The notes beneath the pieces were generated by a model. It saw only the letters and a program-made list of their open reading frames with translations. It ran no database searches and was not told where the DNA came from. The position numbers were made by a program, and so were the translations under genes. A stretch of DNA of 64,000 nucleotides from an uncultured virus (IMG/VR IMGVR_UViG_2855689977_000003). Taxonomy: Duplodnaviria; Heunggongvirae; Uroviricota; Caudoviricetes. Of this stretch, positions 26,263-36,098 are shown piece after piece. Location: IMG/VR virus record IMGVR_UViG_2855689977_000003. One strand, 5' to 3'. Position 1 is the stretch's first letter. Every line of letters begins with the position of its first letter.

Positions 26263-28728
26263 GTGGCGCTCAAGCTCGGCGAACTGGTCGCCTACCTGAA
26301 GACCGACAACAGCGGGCTCAAACGGGGCCTCGCCGAGGGCAAGGCCGAGATCAAGGCGGCCGGCGCCGACATGGGCCGAGACGTCGACCTGGTCGGCAAG
26401 GCCATCGGGGAGAAGCTGGGCGCTGGCGGCGCTGCCGGTGGTGAGAAGTTCACCCGGGACGTCAACGGCAAGCTCCGCGACGCCCACGGCCGGTTCGTCC
26501 GCGAGGGCGAGCAGCTCGGCAAGGGTCTCGGGGACGGCCTCGGGAACGGGGTCAAGGGGCACACCGGCTGGCTCTCGTCGGTGCAGTCTGCGGTGCGGTC
26601 GCTGGGCACCCAGGTCAGCGAGGCCGGCAACTGGGTCAGGAACGCGGGCCAGCGGGTGTCCGACTTTGCCGGCAACGTCACCTCGGTCATCGGCAGCGTC
26701 TGGGGCTTCGTGGCCGTCCTCGCTGCCCTGTCGACCGCTGCGGCGGTCGCCATCCCGGCGGTCGGCCTCCTCGGCGGGGTGCTCGGGTCGTTGCCCGCTC
26801 TCGCTGGCGGCGCCGGGATCGGCATCGGCGCTCTCGTGATTGGCTTCGCCGGGCTCGCCGACCACTTCAAGCAGACCAGCGCCGCTGGCGGGGCGGTAGT
26901 CGACAAGACCTGGCAGGTGCGTCAGGCCGTCCTCGCGCTCGGCAACGCGCAACGCGAGGAGCGCGCCGCCCAGGAGGCGTTGACGCGGGCCCGTGGAGAC
27001 GAGATCGAGCGGCTCTCGGACCTCAACCGGGAACTGCGCGAGGCCCGCAACAGCGAGGAAGAGGCCGCTCTCGATGCGGAGGCCGCCGAGAAGCGCCTCG
27101 CCGAGGCGAAGAACGCCGTCCAGATCGCCCAGCAGAAGCTCAACGACGCGCAGCGATCCGGCGACGTAGCGGCGGTCCGGCAGGCCACCCAGGAGCTGCT
27201 CGACGCCCAGCGGCAGCAGCCGGACGAGATCCGCCGCGCCGAGCTGGCGTACGAGCGGGCCAAGCTCGCCGTGGAGGCGGCGAAGGACCGGACCGAGGAC
27301 CTGACCGTCGAGCAGCAGCGGGCCGCCCGGGTCGGCGTGGAGGGCTCGGATCAGGTGCGGGCCGCGCTGGACCGGCAGCGCCGGGCGGTGGAGGCGGTGG
27401 AGGCCGCTGAGCATGCCCTCGCTGAGGCCCGCAAGCCGGCCGGCGGTGGCGGTGGGGCGGCGCAGCAGCTGATGCGCCTCGCCCCAGCCGCCCAGGACCT
27501 GGTCAACGTGCTCAAGTCGCTCAAGCCGGCCTGGGATGACTTGCGGCTGGACGTTCAGCAGCGGTTGTTCGCCGGTGTTGGCGGTGAGGTCAAGTCGCTG
27601 GCGTCGGCGTGGCTTCCCACCCTGCGCGAAAAGCTCGGCCAGTCCGCGGACACGGCCAACAGTCTGTTCAAAACCTTCTCCACCAGCGTGAAGAAGCCTG
27701 AGTTCATCGAGAACATCAGCGAAGGGCTCGACACGGTTGACCGGCTGGTCGACAAGGTCGGAGGTGCCCTGGCTGGCCCCTTCGTCGACGCCTGGGGGCG
27801 GCTGTCGAAGGCGGCAGGACCGTTCCTCGATGCGGTCGGTGACGAGGTCGCGGGGCTGGTTGAGGACTTTGCTCGGTGGATCGAAAAGGCGGATAAGAGC
27901 GGCGGGCTCGAAGATTTCTTCGAGAAGGCGGGCGATTTCTTCCGCGATGTGGTCGACATGGGCAAGGACGTCGGCGCGATCATCGGGGATATCGTCGGCG
28001 CTCTGTTCGACGATCCGGCGAACGCGAATGGCGGGGACACCTGGGAATCCTTCAAACAAACATTGAAGGATGTGCGGGAATGGTTCGACGACCCCAAGAA
28101 TCAGAAGACGATTCAGGACTGGTTCCACAAGCTTGAGACAGCCGCGGCGGTCCTGGGGCTGATCGTCGGCTGGGCCACCAACCTGATCCTGTGTCTGGAC
28201 AAGGCGGACACCAAGTTCCGTGAGTGGGCTGCCTCGACGAAGAAGGCCGTGGATGGCCTGGGCAAGTGGCTCGACGAGAAGTGGGACAAACTGGTCACGT
28301 CGGTGAGCAAACTGCCGGGGCGCATCGGCAAGGCTGCCTCCGGCATGTGGGACGGCGTCAAGGACAGTTTCCGGGCCGCGCTCAACTGGGTGATCGGCAA
28401 ATGGAACAACTTCGAGTTGAAGCTGCCCACCGCACAGTTTCTCGGCGCGACGATCGGCGGTGGGTCGATCGGCACACCAAACATCCCCTTCCTCGGGGAC
28501 GGCGGTGTCGTACGGGCAACTCCAGGTGGCCGCCTGGTCAACGTCGCCGAGCGCGGCGAGGACGAAGCGGTCATCCCGCTGTCGAAGCTCGGCAGCCTCG
28601 GCGGTCACTCGGAGCTGCGCATCACCGGCGAGCTGGTGGCACGCGGCTCCGACCTCGTCCTGGTGCTCCGCGAGAACATCGCTGGCCTGGGCGGCGACGT
28701 CCAAAAAGCCGTCGGCACCAGCGCGTGA
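26263..28728 (+). CDS. Tape measure protein
   Basis: 'MALKLGELVAYL', helical Ala/Gly-rich body, C-terminal 'AERGEDEAVIPL'. Confidence 0.9.
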   Translation: MALKLGELVAYLKTDNSGLKRGLAEGKAEIKAAGADMGRDVDLVGKAIGEKLGAGGAAGGEKFTRDVNGKLRDAHGRFVREGEQLGKGLGDGLGNGVKGHTGWLSSVQSAVRSLGTQVSEAGNWVRNAGQRVSDFAGNVTSVIGSVWGFVAVLAALSTAAAVAIPAVGLLGGVLGSLPALAGGAGIGIGALVIGFAGLADHFKQTSAAGGAVVDKTWQVRQAVLALGNAQREERAAQEALTRARGDEIERLSDLNRELREARNSEEEAALDAEAAEKRLAEAKNAVQIAQQKLNDAQRSGDVAAVRQATQELLDAQRQQPDEIRRAELAYERAKLAVEAAKDRTEDLTVEQQRAARVGVEGSDQVRAALDRQRRAVEAVEAAEHALAEARKPAGGGGGAAQQLMRLAPAAQDLVNVLKSLKPAWDDLRLDVQQRLFAGVGGEVKSLASAWLPTLREKLGQSADTANSLFKTFSTSVKKPEFIENISEGLDTVDRLVDKVGGALAGPFVDAWGRLSKAAGPFLDAVGDEVAGLVEDFARWIEKADKSGGLEDFFEKAGDFFRDVVDMGKDVGAIIGDIVGALFDDPANANGGDTWESFKQTLKDVREWFDDPKNQKTIQDWFHKLETAAAVLGLIVGWATNLILCLDKADTKFREWAASTKKAVDGLGKWLDEKWDKLVTSVSKLPGRIGKAASGMWDGVKDSFRAALNWVIGKWNNFELKLPTAQFLGATIGGGSIGTPNIPFLGDGGVVRATPGGRLVNVAERGEDEAVIPLSKLGSLGGHSELRITGELVARGSDLVLVLRENIAGLGGDVQKAVGTSA

Positions 28729-28729
28729 C

Positions 28730-29038
28730 CTACGGCTTGATGCCGGCGGCGTTGAGGATCGCGACCGCGACCAGCGGGATCAGCACGACGTAGCCGAGGA
28801 CCAAGCCGGTGGTCGCATGGTGGTGGCCGCTCTTCGCGCCGCGGCGGGTCTCGCTGCGTGCGGCGTGACCGAAGATCACGGCGAAGGCTGACGGCACACC
28901 GAACGTGCAGAGGAACGTCACCAGTCCGAGGATCCCGAAGGTCAGCGCCACTGTCGCCATCCATGACTTGGGTGGCTGCTGGGGAACCACGTACACCGGC
29001 TGCGGTCCGTACGGCGGGGGCTGAGGCGGATTGGTCAT
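28730..29038 (-). CDS. DUF4190-like membrane protein (moron)
   Basis: Pro-rich N-terminus, 'MATVALTFGILG..AVIFGH..G..ATTGLVLGY'. Confidence 0.75.
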   Translation of the reverse strand: MTNPPQPPPYGPQPVYVVPQQPPKSWMATVALTFGILGLVTFLCTFGVPSAFAVIFGHAARSETRRGAKSGHHHATTGLVLGYVVLIPLVAVAILNAAGIKP

Positions 29039-29086
29039 CGAGTCAGTGTCGCGGTCGCTGTCAATGCACGGGAAGGGAGGATCGCG

Positions 29087-31849
29087 GTGTCGTACCTGAC
29101 TGGCGATCCGCTCAGCGTCCGCATCAGGATCGCCTTCGGAGCGAGCATCGCCGCCGACCCGGCCACATGGGCGTGGACCGACGTCACCCAGTGGTGGCAT
29201 GTGCCGGACGACGTGCAGATCACCTGGGGTCGGTCGTCGGGCGCCGAGCAGCCCGAGCGCTCCAAGATCAGCCTGACTCTGAAGAACACCGACGGCCGAT
29301 TCACGTCAATGGACCCGAGGTCACCGTACTGGCCGAACGTCCGCAAGTGGACGCCCATCCAGTACGACATCGACTTGGGCGACGGCGTGGGCTGGAGGAA
29401 CCGCTTTAGCGGCTTCATCCGCCGATGGCCGCTCACCTGGCCAGACGCGTCTGGTCTGATGGCCCTGGCGAAGATCGAAGCGGTGGGCGTGCTCGGCCGA
29501 CTTGGCCGTGGCAAGCCTCCCTCCCGGTCGCCGCTGCGGCGCACCATCGGCGCGTCCGCGCCGGTCGCCTACTGGCCCGTCGAGGACGGCAAGACCGCCG
29601 GGCAGGTCGCATCGGCAATCGCCGGGCACCCGCCGCTGACCCTCACCGGAATCGTCGAGTTCACCCCGGTCGACGACTATGTTGACCTCGGCTACACCGT
29701 GCGCTTCGGCACGAGCGCGCTGGTCGACCTGTCCGCCGGCGGTCGGCTGTCCGGGACGGTGCCCGCCGCGGCCACCCAGGCGACCAGCACCCGCTGGACC
29801 GTCACGGTGGCGGCCGGTGGCCTGGACCCCGCCACGACCGCCGGCGACGTCGTCCTGCTGGAGTGGACCACCCCCGGCGCCACCCCCTTCGTGCGGTGGC
29901 GGCTCGTCGCCCAGAAGTCGCCGACCCGGACTCAGGTGGTCGGCTACGACGCCGGCGGCATCACGACGGTGCTCATCGACCACATCGGTCTGTCGTTCGG
30001 CTTCGCGCAGTACGCGGTGTCGTGTCGGCAGACCGGGGCCAACATCACCGTCGAGCTGTATCTCGGCGACAACGACCCGGCCTTCGAGACCTACAGCGGG
30101 CCGGGAACTATCACCGGAGTCGTGAGTGTCGCGGCCAACGCGGCGGGGACGACGTCTACCGCACAGATGCCGTTCGGGCACGTCGCCGTGTGGTCGGCGC
30201 AGAAGCCGCCGGTGGACTTCGCAGGCCGCGTTGACGCCTCCGGGACGACCGTCAACGCCGCCTGGGCCTCATTCGACGCCGAGACGGCACACGTCCGCTT
30301 CGCCCGGCTGTGCGCCGAGGACGGGGTGCCGCTGTCCGTGCCGGCCGTGCCGGATCTCCTGGCGACGCGGATGGGCGCGCAGCAGTCCGGCACCTCGCTA
30401 GACCTGTACCAGCACTGCGAGGATGCCGACCAGGGTCTTATCTACGAGGAGGGCTTCGGGCTCGGCTACCTGCCACGGGCCAGCCGCTACAACGCCCTGG
30501 TCGCACTCAGCATCGACGTCGCGCTGGGCCAGCTGGGCATGCCGTTCGAGCCCGTCGACGACGACCAGGCACTGCGCAATCGGTGGACGGTGGAGCGGTT
30601 CGAGGGCGCATTGGCGGTCGCCGCAGACCAGCAGTCGATCGACCTTCAGGGCGAGATCGAGGGGTCGGCCACGGTCAACCTTGCCACAGACGATCCGCTA
30701 TCGGAGCACGCGTCGTGGCGGCTGCACCTGTCCACCGTCCAAGAGCCCCGCTACCCGGCCGTGTCCATCAATCTCGCCACCCACCCTGAGCTGGCGGCCG
30801 CGTGGTGCGCCTGCAAGCCAGGCGGCCGCGTCCAGGTGGTGAACCCGCCTTTGCAGAACCCGCCAGGCGTCGTTGACCAACTGGTGGTCGGGGCGACGGA
30901 AACGTACCGGGGTCGGCGGTCCTGGCGGGCCACCCTCAACGTCATCCCCGCCTCGCCGTGGGACGTCGCCACGGTAGATGGGGAGCAGCGGGTGGCCGTG
31001 GACGGGTCGATGCTGGCCGCAGCGATCAGCCCCGGGGACGTGTCGCTGCTGCTCACCTCCACCGCCGAGCAAGGACCGTGGACCACCGACCCGGCCGATA
31101 TGCCGTTGGCCGTCAGGGTCGGTGGGGAGCGGGTGACCGCGGCGGCGATCGGGACGCAGCTCAACGACGGCTTCGACCGCACCGGCAGCAACGGGTGGGC
31201 CTCCGCACTGTGGACGCCCTTCAACGGGGCGACGTCGGAGTACTCGGTGGGGTCGAGTCAGGCGGTGATCGCCCCGCCAGCCACCAGCCAGGACCGGGGC
31301 ATGCTCTACCTGGCTGGCGGCCCGGATCAGAACATCCGCGTCCGGATCGCCGGGCAGGGCACGCCTGCGGGCGCCGGGATCGTCCAGGGTCTGGTGCTGC
31401 GGTACGTCGACGGGTCGAACTACTACCGGGTCGTCTTGGCGTACGCCACCTCGGGGCAGGTCAGCGTCCAACTGCACAAGCGGGTCGGCGGCACACTCAC
31501 GGGCCTCGGCTCGGTGAACCTGTCCCTGGCCGCCACCGCCGACGTGTGGCTGCGCGCCGCGGTGTCCGGCACCCAGCTGCTCGCGAAGGCATGGGCGAAC
31601 GGGCAGCCGGAGCCGCCGGCCTGGGACGTGTCCGCCGTCGACAGCGCCCTGCCCGTCGGCGACTGGGTCGGCGTCCTCGGACGGCGGGACACCGGCAACA
31701 CCTCGCCCACCCAACTGGTTTACCCGCATTTCCTGGTCGAGGTGCCGCAGAGGGTGACCCTGTCCGCCCGCGGCGTCAACGGCTTCTCCAGGGCGTGGCC
31801 CGCCGGCACTCCAGTGGACACGTGGCAGCCCGCGATCGTCTCGCTATGA
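29087..31849 (+). CDS. Minor tail / tail-tip protein
   Basis: 920 aa after the tape measure; 'LKNTDGRF', 'PVAYWPVED'; beta-sandwich-like inserts. Confidence 0.8.
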   Translation: MSYLTGDPLSVRIRIAFGASIAADPATWAWTDVTQWWHVPDDVQITWGRSSGAEQPERSKISLTLKNTDGRFTSMDPRSPYWPNVRKWTPIQYDIDLGDGVGWRNRFSGFIRRWPLTWPDASGLMALAKIEAVGVLGRLGRGKPPSRSPLRRTIGASAPVAYWPVEDGKTAGQVASAIAGHPPLTLTGIVEFTPVDDYVDLGYTVRFGTSALVDLSAGGRLSGTVPAAATQATSTRWTVTVAAGGLDPATTAGDVVLLEWTTPGATPFVRWRLVAQKSPTRTQVVGYDAGGITTVLIDHIGLSFGFAQYAVSCRQTGANITVELYLGDNDPAFETYSGPGTITGVVSVAANAAGTTSTAQMPFGHVAVWSAQKPPVDFAGRVDASGTTVNAAWASFDAETAHVRFARLCAEDGVPLSVPAVPDLLATRMGAQQSGTSLDLYQHCEDADQGLIYEEGFGLGYLPRASRYNALVALSIDVALGQLGMPFEPVDDDQALRNRWTVERFEGALAVAADQQSIDLQGEIEGSATVNLATDDPLSEHASWRLHLSTVQEPRYPAVSINLATHPELAAAWCACKPGGRVQVVNPPLQNPPGVVDQLVVGATETYRGRRSWRATLNVIPASPWDVATVDGEQRVAVDGSMLAAAISPGDVSLLLTSTAEQGPWTTDPADMPLAVRVGGERVTAAAIGTQLNDGFDRTGSNGWASALWTPFNGATSEYSVGSSQAVIAPPATSQDRGMLYLAGGPDQNIRVRIAGQGTPAGAGIVQGLVLRYVDGSNYYRVVLAYATSGQVSVQLHKRVGGTLTGLGSVNLSLAATADVWLRAAVSGTQLLAKAWANGQPEPPAWDVSAVDSALPVGDWVGVLGRRDTGNTSPTQLVYPHFLVEVPQRVTLSARGVNGFSRAWPAGTPVDTWQPAIVSL

Positions 31850-31859
31850 GGAGGCACCT

Positions 31860-32327
31860 TTGACATCACCTGTGCAGCTCCCCGCCGGGAGCAGGGTCAC
31901 CGCCGCCAAGCTCGACGCGTACGAGAACACCACCAACGTGTGGCAGCCGTACACCCCCGTCTGGACGGCGTCGACCACCAACCCGGCTCTCAACAACGGG
32001 ACGCTGGTGGGCGCGTACCGGCAGGTCGGCAAGACCGTCGATGTCCGGATCATCCTGACGCTCGGGGGGTCAACCGCCGTCGGGGCGGGTCTGTACCTGC
32101 TGAGCCTGCCGGTGGCGCCGGTCATCGGTGGGCTGCTGGGCGCGCACTGCGTCGGCCCGTCGGGCGTCCGCTGGGCGGGCACGGCGGCGCTGATCGCGGC
32201 CAGCGCGACCGGGAGCAACATGCGGATCTCCGTCGGCGCGGATGGCGCGTCAGTGGGCGCGACCGTGCCGTTCACGTGGGCGTCCGGGCACCAGCTGATC
32301 CTGGCCGGCACGTACGAGGCGGTGTGA
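31860..32327 (+). CDS. Tail fibre / receptor-binding protein
   Basis: 'WQPYTPVW..NPALNNGTLVGAYRQVGKTV..GTYE'. Confidence 0.7.
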   Translation: MTSPVQLPAGSRVTAAKLDAYENTTNVWQPYTPVWTASTTNPALNNGTLVGAYRQVGKTVDVRIILTLGGSTAVGAGLYLLSLPVAPVIGGLLGAHCVGPSGVRWAGTAALIAASATGSNMRISVGADGASVGATVPFTWASGHQLILAGTYEAV

Positions 32328-32331
32328 CATC

Positions 32332-33258
32332 GTGACCAGACTTCTATGGCTGCCCCAGATCCTCCGCGTCGCCGGGCTGACCGTGCACGAGGTCGACGGG
32401 TGGCGCGAGCGCGGCTCGTCCGACTACGACCCGCGTGGCGTCATCTGCCACGCCACCGCCGGCAGCTCCACGTCCACGGACGCCGGTGAGATCGGCGTGT
32501 TGCTGAACGGATCCACCAGCGCGCCGCCACCGATCGCGCAGCTGTACCTGTCCCGCACCGGCACCTGGCATGTCGTCGCGTCCGGACGCTGCAACCACGC
32601 CAAGGTCGGGTGGGACGGCCCGCTCAAGGGCTACGGCAACACCCACCTGCTCGGGATCGAGGCGCAGAACGACAACCGCGGCCAGGCGTGGCCAGCGGTG
32701 CAGCTCGACGCCTACCAGCGGGGTGTGGCCGCGATCTGCAAGCACATGGGCTGGACGGCCGCCCGCAACGTGGCCGCCCACCGCGAGCACCAGCCGGGCG
32801 CGAAGACCGACCCGGCCGGCATCGACATGAAGACATTCCGGTCGCGGGTGACTGCGATCCTGGCAGGAGAGGACGACGACATGACGACCCCAGACCAGTT
32901 CCTGGCCATCCTGAAGGACCCGTCGGTGGCCGCCGAGATGCGCCGTCTCGCGGTGAGCTACACCGGTGGTGGCATCCCGGCCGGGAAGAACGTGCTCAAC
33001 GTGTGGAACGACACGCTGGCCACCGTGAAGGCGCTGGGCGAGGTGATCGCCCGGGAGTCATCCAGCCCGGCCGAGGTGCGGGCGCTGCTGGCCGAGCTGC
33101 CGAAGCCAGATCCCTTCGACGTCGACCAGCTGGCCGACGACGTGGCCGCGCGGGTGCTGGCCGGCCTGCCGACCAGCGACGGCCCGGTCAGCCGCGAGGA
33201 CCTGGTGGCCGCGATCCGCACCGTCCTGGCCTCGCTGGCCGCCGCACCGCAGGGCTGA
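32332..33258 (+). CDS. Endolysin, N-acetylmuramoyl-L-alanine amidase
   Basis: CHATA, NHA, GIEAQN and AHREH..KTDP zinc-amidase motifs. Confidence 0.9.
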   Translation: MTRLLWLPQILRVAGLTVHEVDGWRERGSSDYDPRGVICHATAGSSTSTDAGEIGVLLNGSTSAPPPIAQLYLSRTGTWHVVASGRCNHAKVGWDGPLKGYGNTHLLGIEAQNDNRGQAWPAVQLDAYQRGVAAICKHMGWTAARNVAAHREHQPGAKTDPAGIDMKTFRSRVTAILAGEDDDMTTPDQFLAILKDPSVAAEMRRLAVSYTGGGIPAGKNVLNVWNDTLATVKALGEVIARESSSPAEVRALLAELPKPDPFDVDQLADDVAARVLAGLPTSDGPVSREDLVAAIRTVLASLAAAPQG

Positions 33259-33260
33259 GT

Positions 33261-33716
33261 GTGGAGACCGGCGTCATCGTCGCCCTGGTCGCCGCGGCCG
33301 GGACGGTCGGCGCCGGCGTCACCGGCACGGTCGTTGCGCACCTTCTCGGCCGCCGGCTCAGGGCCGCCCAGGCGGCGCAGAGCACCGCGCAGACCGAGCA
33401 GATCAAGACGCAGACCGCGTTGCTCCGACAGGACATCTACCAGCAGCTCACGGACGACCTCCGCCAGGAGTTGGCCAGGGTCAAGGCCGACCTGGAGACC
33501 ACCCGGGAGTCGCTACGGATCACATCGTCTGAGGAGGAGCGGCTCCGGGGCCGGGTGCTGGAGCTGGAGTCGCGGGTGGCGGAGCTGGCCACGGTGCGCG
33601 ATGAGCGGGACCGGCTACGGATCGACCTGGCCGCCCGCGAGGCGACGATCAGCGAGCTGCAGCGGCAGGTGGCCGACCTCAAGGTGCAGCTGGCCGTGTC
33701 CACCTCCACGCCCTGA
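33261..33716 (+). CDS. Lysis-region membrane protein with coiled coil
   Basis: N-terminal TM followed by heptads. Confidence 0.7.
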   Translation: METGVIVALVAAAGTVGAGVTGTVVAHLLGRRLRAAQAAQSTAQTEQIKTQTALLRQDIYQQLTDDLRQELARVKADLETTRESLRITSSEEERLRGRVLELESRVAELATVRDERDRLRIDLAAREATISELQRQVADLKVQLAVSTSTP

Positions 33717-33731
33717 CCGGGCGTGGCCGGG

Positions 33732-34049
33732 CTACCCGTGGTCGTATCGGGTGCCCTGCGCCTCCAGCCTCTCGCGCACCTCGGCCGCGTGCTCCGCGGC
33801 CACCGTCATGTCGGCGCCCGCCGCCTCCAGCAGCTCCACCGTCGGCCCGCTAATCCCGTGGGGGTCGGCCATCGCCACCCCGGCCTGGACGCCCAGTAGT
33901 CGCGGGTCGGTCGTCACCTTGTGCACCGCGGCGATCGCCTCGTCGCGGGGCCGGTCTCGATCGGTGCCGTTGCCGTATCGGCCGGCCACCCCAGACAGCT
34001 CGGCAAGGACCAGCCGGTCAGCGGCCGGCAGCGAAGGCACATGCACCAT
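33732..34049 (-). CDS. Antisense moron within the lysis cassette
   Basis: TACGGT 6 nt before ATG; GC3-rich on the minus strand. Confidence 0.6.
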   Translation of the reverse strand: MVHVPSLPAADRLVLAELSGVAGRYGNGTDRDRPRDEAIAAVHKVTTDPRLLGVQAGVAMADPHGISGPTVELLEAAGADMTVAAEHAAEVRERLEAQGTRYDHG

Positions 34050-34079
34050 CCCCCGACCGTACCCAGGAGGTACTCCACC

Positions 34080-34439
34080 ATGCCCGACAAGTGGTCTGCG
34101 CGCATCCGCACCGCCTGGCCGATGCTGCTCGGCTACCTCGCCGCCCGGCTCCTCGTCATCGGCGCACCCGTCGCCACCTGGCTGCACGACACGTTCGGCC
34201 TGGAGGTGACGGAGCCGCAGATCGCCGCTGCCCTCGGCATCATCCTCGGCTTCGCCATCTACGAGGCGGGCCGGTGGCTGGAGCGCCGCGCCGGAGAGGG
34301 CCGACCGTCGAAGGTGGCCCGGTTCGTCGGCAGGCTGCTGCTGAGTCTGGGCTTGTCGACCGGTCAGCCGGTGTACGCCCTGCCGGGTCAGCGGGTGCGG
34401 GTGCTCGGCAGTGACGGCAGCATGCGACCGCCCCGGTAG
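34080..34439 (+). CDS. Holin-like membrane protein
   Basis: RBS AGGAGG; 'IRTAWP..Y..RWLE..LL.LG..PVY'. Confidence 0.7.
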   Translation: MPDKWSARIRTAWPMLLGYLAARLLVIGAPVATWLHDTFGLEVTEPQIAAALGIILGFAIYEAGRWLERRAGEGRPSKVARFVGRLLLSLGLSTGQPVYALPGQRVRVLGSDGSMRPPR

Positions 34440-34490
34440 TATCACGATCGCGGCGCACGCCTGGATGGATCCCCGGGCAGCGCCGACCAA

Positions 34491-34533
34491 GACGAACGGC
34501 CCGCTCTCCCCGATCGGAGGGTGGGCCGTCGTC
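34491..34533. terminator. Hairpin ending the late operon
   Basis: GACGAACGGCCCGCTCTCC / GGAGGGTGGGCCGTCGTC. Confidence 0.65.
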
Positions 34534-34604
34534 ATGCTGGTGGCCGCCAGGGCCAGCCGTCTTACCGATGGTCGCTAGCCCGTAACGAACCGTAACATTC
34601 GCTG

Positions 34605-34868
34605 ATGTCCGTCGATCCGGCGTCACTCATAGCGTTGCTGCTGCTACTCCTGATGCTCGCCGTGCAGATCATCATCGTGCCGCTGATGAAGCGGGCCGCC
34701 CAGATGGGACGCCGTCCGCCAACCCGCAGCAGCGCCGATCAGGAGACCGCGGCCTCACCCTCCTGCCAGGAGGGTGAGGCCGCTTCGTCGTCTCCGGGCT
34801 ACACCGCGGACCGGGCCTCCCGGCTGTCCCGGATGCGCCGCTTGGCGGTGCTCTCCGACACCTGGTAG
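34605..34868 (+). CDS. Small leaderless hydrophobic protein
   Basis: TAACAT 6 nt before ATG; TM 'LIALLLLLLMLAVQIIIVPLM'; 3' part runs through a hairpin. Confidence 0.45.
   Translation: MSVDPASLIALLLLLLMLAVQIIIVPLMKRAAQMGRRPPTRSSADQETAASPSCQEGEAASSSPGYTADRASRLSRMRRLAVLSDTW
34749..34783. terminator. 17-bp perfect inverted repeat, probable bidirectional terminator
   Basis: GCGGCCTCACCCTCCTG-c-CAGGAGGGTGAGGCCGC. Confidence 0.75.
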
Positions 34869-35266
34869 TCCGCCATCACCCGGCGGACGATCTCCACGTA
34901 CGGCACGCCCTGCCGGTCCATCCGGTCGACGGCCTCCTCGAGGGATTCGGGCTTCTCGTCTTCCAGGTCGAGATCGAGCGCCTCGTCACGCGGCTCCTGG
35001 TCGACGCGGACGCGCCGGCCGCCAACCTCTGCGATCCGCCCCCACCAGCTGGTGTCACGGTCGGTGTCATCGGTGTCAGACACCGAGCTGACCTGCGAAG
35101 TGTCACCGCCATCGGTGTCATCCCCCTCGGTGGGGGAGGGGAGGCCTCGGCGCATCCACACGTCGTGCAGGGTGGCGAAAGCCACGAAGACGACGGCAGC
35201 GATGAGCAGCGCGACGGGGCCACCCCAGCCGCGGGACGGCTCGGCAGCAGCGAGGGTGAACATCAT
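34799..35266 (-). CDS. Membrane-anchored protein with C-terminal HTH-like region
   Basis: N-terminal TM; C-terminal 'YVEIVRRVMADYQVSESTAKRRIR'. Confidence 0.7.
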   Translation of the reverse strand: MMFTLAAAEPSRGWGGPVALLIAAVVFVAFATLHDVWMRRGLPSPTEGDDTDGGDTSQVSSVSDTDDTDRDTSWWGRIAEVGGRRVRVDQEPRDEALDLDLEDEKPESLEEAVDRMDRQGVPYVEIVRRVMADYQVSESTAKRRIRDSREARSAV

Positions 35267-35862
35267 GCGGCTCCAAACAGCCAGGCGGGCAGAGGCGCGA
35301 CGAGACCGGTGAGGAAGTCGACGCAGCCTCGGGTGACATCACCGACGGTGCCGCCCGGCAGGTCGGCCATGAGGCCGAGCAGCACGGCGGCGATCCACAG
35401 GCGGGTGTTGAGCCGGTACAGCGGGCTCTGCGGGAACGTGAGGGTGGCGAACCGGCCGAGCTTCTTGCTGGCCTTGACCGGCAGCATGCACCCGATGACG
35501 TAGATGAACAGCATCCCCACCAGGGCGCCCAGGATTGCGTTGATCGACGCGCCGGCGACGTAGGCGCCGCCGGTCGCGTCGAGCAGCTGCTCGATGAAGC
35601 TGCTGGCGGTCTGCACCGTCCACTGGTCGAGCGGCGAGCCGTCGAAGCCCTCGCGGATAGCCGGCACAGCGAGGAGGAACGCGAGCCGGTCGCGGATGCT
35701 GTTGGGGCCGACCGACATGTAGTCGATGACCAGGGCGAGCAGCAGCAGCACCGCGACGGCGGTCGGGGACATGGTGTGCTCGAGCAGAGTTGCCCCCTTG
35801 TCCGGGGAGGGCGCTGGACTCGGGCTCGGTGTAGGGGCGAGCAGCATGATCGTGTGCAGCAT
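35263..35862 (-). CDS. Multi-pass membrane protein
   Basis: Several hydrophobic segments; coupled to both neighbours. Confidence 0.75.
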   Translation of the reverse strand: MLHTIMLLAPTPSPSPAPSPDKGATLLEHTMSPTAVAVLLLLALVIDYMSVGPNSIRDRLAFLLAVPAIREGFDGSPLDQWTVQTASSFIEQLLDATGGAYVAGASINAILGALVGMLFIYVIGCMLPVKASKKLGRFATLTFPQSPLYRLNTRLWIAAVLLGLMADLPGGTVGDVTRGCVDFLTGLVAPLPAWLFGAA

Positions 35863-36098
35863 CAGGCGCCGCTCCAGTCGAGCACCTTGGTTCCGGTCGC
35901 GGCGTCGCAGACCTCCAACCTCGGGGCGTCCATCGGCTCGTTGGCCGCGCGGGCGTCACGGGTGAGCGCCTGGAGCTGCTGGCTGAGGATGCTCGCGTAG
36001 CCCGGGACCGACAGGTCGAGGACAACCACGTAGCGGCGGCTGGCCAGCACCTCGTACTGGCCGTCGAAGATGTGCAGGCGGTACGGCAGGGCGGCCAT
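35862..36098 (-). CDS. Hypothetical protein (78 aa)
   Basis: Stop/start overlaps on both sides. Confidence 0.65.
   Translation of the reverse strand: MAALPYRLHIFDGQYEVLASRRYVVVLDLSVPGYASILSQQLQALTRDARAANEPMDAPRLEVCDAATGTKVLDWSGA

Noticed and set aside
25687..28704. 1005-aa minus-strand ORF and similar long shadow ORFs (148-1530, 36884-37891, 47875-49731, 62128-63702)
   Set aside because: Antisense or alternate-frame shadows of real genes, expected in high-GC DNA; no motifs.
29087..32327. Diversity-generating retroelement acting on tail genes
   Set aside because: No reverse transcriptase motif and no adenine-variant repeat pair seen.
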